Source of the DNA: Azolla caroliniana
Taxonomy: Eukaryota; Plantae; Polypodiophyta
Reading direction: 5' to 3'
Assembly: GCA_043228905.1 (NCBI GenBank)
Contig: JBHGNT010000001.1
Location: forward strand, 23,250,001 to 23,314,000
DNA: 64,000 nucleotides
In this document: positions 61,646 through 64,000 of the stretch, one piece after another
Position numbering within the stretch: the first letter of the stretch is position 1
Layout of the letters: each line of letters starts with the position of its first letter
The notes under the pieces: model-generated
What the model saw: only the letters and a program-made list of their open reading frames with translations
Told to the model about the DNA's origin: nothing
Databases searched by the model: none
Translations under genes and position numbers: made by a program

Positions 61646-64000
61646 GCATTTAACTTATTTCCTCCTATGTGCACCCCACATCACAGAAGCGTAGCCTTCG
61701 ATTGCAAATTTCAACCAATTTCAACTTGTGAAGTGTGAGCTTCATGTTGACTTCTTCTCAAAACGATGACCTGTATACTTTGTATGGGCTTGCTTCTTGC
61801 AATATGCATATAGGCAAACTCAACTTTATTGTTATCTTTCTTTGGAAGTTCTATGGTATCAAAGTACAATGTTGACAAGTTCCTCAAAAATTATGGGATC
61901 CTTGTCATGGACAATTCAATGATAATCCCCATTGGGAATGACACTAAGGAAACAAGGTAGAAACCACTTCTCACCCTCAAGTCCTGCTTTTCAGATTTTG
62001 GTCTAAACATGATGCCCATAATCCTTGAGAGAGATAAATGGCTTTGCTCAACGGTGTGAGCAAATGTTGTGCTTGCTCACTCTAAGAGGGTGGCTACAAG
62101 AACCATTCCTTGAAAATGTCAACAAAACCTTCCCAAATTGTGGGTATGTTCTTCGCAATCCTTGGGCAATGCCCTAACCTACAATCAAGATGGAGCTCAA
62201 ATTGAGATTCCCAACGACCAAAGCAAGTGTTAATGGTCTCCCCAATTCTTTCTTTCTTATCTCCCTTGAAAGGTGTGACTATGAAAGAATGTTCACCGTC
62301 TTTTATTGTCATGTCCTTTTGGCCATTGTTAAACAACCTTGCTCTCATTCTCAATGAAAGCACACTATTATATTAATTGAATGTAGAACCAATGTTGGTT
62401 AGTCTTCTCTACCTATGTAGATATAGGGGAATCTTATAAAGCCATTAAAAGACCTAAATATGCATTTGAGGAAATGATCCCCACATGCCCCAACATCCAA
62501 AAACTCCACATAAGAATGCCTTTGAAAGTTTTAACTTAGGCGTTCACCCCGTGAACATGAAAGAATTTCCCAAATTCCAAATGTATTGCAAACCCCCCCT
62601 CCCCTTCTTGTCGTACATTGGAATCTAAGGTTTTGTTGATCACATTACTTACTATGGTACATCAAGTTTTGTGATCATGTCATTAATATGCCAAACTGGG
62701 GTTTAAACTTTAGGGCTTTGTGATCACACAATATATGTTGGTATATTTGGAATGTGAGTTTGTAATCACATTATTTAGTGTGGTGAATTTTATTAAGGCT
62801 TGCAAATGTATTGGATTGGGTTTTTGTTGACATTCAATTCTATAGGAGTCCTCCAAATTCTCTAATAATGTAACAATCTACAATGTTTAATAAATGTGAA
62901 TTCTATAATGATATAACAATCCATCATATTTAGTAAGAGCAAGTACTGCATGCTCACCCATTTTTATTGGCAAAGCATGGCAATTATAACTACATTAAGA
63001 CTCACTGTGAAGGTTTCCAAATAGGTGTTTCTTCAAAACCCTTGAGAATTTTATTGAACTATTCCCATTGGCTCAAAACCTATGGGTCGTACCACACACC
63101 AATATTCACAAGGAAGTCTACACATGCACAAGCTTTGAGCGCTTGAATGACCTTCAAAACATGCATAAAGATTGCCTTGATTGCTTCAAGCTCAACATGC
63201 AAAGGTAAGGGAAGATGGATGGGGGGAGACAGACCAATCAATTTCACAATTAACAAGGTGAGCACCTCGAATATGGTTGCATTGTTGCTAATACAAGCCA
63301 CCATAAATTATTTAGGCTGAAATAAAAATTCATACTATAATTTAATTATCAGGTTTACTTATAGTGATAAAACTTATTCTCTGATGTCATCCATTTGATT
63401 CTTTGCAAAACAATTCAAAATTTTATACCTAAATGCTTCAGAAACTTTATATTAAAGTCTAAATGCTTTAAAAACTTAATCATTTCACATGGTTAGAGAA
63501 ATTTATGATGTTGATATTGATTGCTTTGTCTAACACAAATTAATTTTGAATTGTAACTACAATTTTGTTATGCAAGAGTATAGAGCGAGAATGTTTGCCA
63601 GCCACATGATCTTTATCTCAATCCAAGGCAGAGTTTAATATTATTGAGCTTCTCCTTTCTTATGAGCTTTCTCTACTTCATTATTTCACACCCTCTAATG
63701 AGTTTTTCCCTATTTCATGCAGTTTGGCCTCCGAGCATATTTAAATATTCATCATCATCTACTTCACCATTTCATTTTACGGGACCAATCATTGTGTGGC
63801 AAACATTGTCCGATCCTAAGACTCGATTCAAGCTTCACATTTCCAGTCATGCCATCACGAATTTGGATTTTTACACTAGGATCATTCCCCCAATTCACCT
63901 TCATAAATAAAAAACAGTTCAAAATCATTGTTAATATCAAACACTGGTTAATTATTGCTTTTTATGTAGTTTCTAATAGACCATAGGAAATTTGGCTTAT

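Noticed and set aside
61650-64000. Possible host or DNA-transposon exons (ORFs 62094-62363 and 63080-63304; acceptor-like site near 63900 on the minus strand)
   Set aside because: Short, stop-ridden, and no domain I can recognise

Overview
The window is almost entirely a nest of LTR retrotransposons from a land-plant genome. A bryophyte, lycophyte or fern is inferred from the mix of a Tcn1-like chromovirus and tRNA-Trp-primed Gypsy elements. No host gene, rRNA, intact tRNA or CRISPR array is supported. LTR ends, PBS, PPT and target-site duplications (TSDs) resolve about 20 elements or solo LTRs. They comprise: (i) a self-priming Tcn1/Tf1-like chromovirus (1-2974; rearranged copy 40025-41759); (ii) a tRNA-Met chromovirus (7221-36060) hosting a multi-level stack; (iii) a tRNA-Trp-primed Gypsy group with 4-bp TSDs, with one coding member (10374-22760) and several non-autonomous members with modular GC-rich interiors; (iv) several Ty1/Copia families, one nearly intact (48676-55704). 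The most notable signals are an apparent DNA fossil of self-primed reverse transcription, a slippery site plus pseudoknot placed after the protease, CpG-centred target sites, a UGA shared by two Copia copies, a templated 1.3-kb insertion that made a chimeric LTR, and an orphan coiled-coil ORF. All alignments and counts were done by eye, and clade names are inferences.
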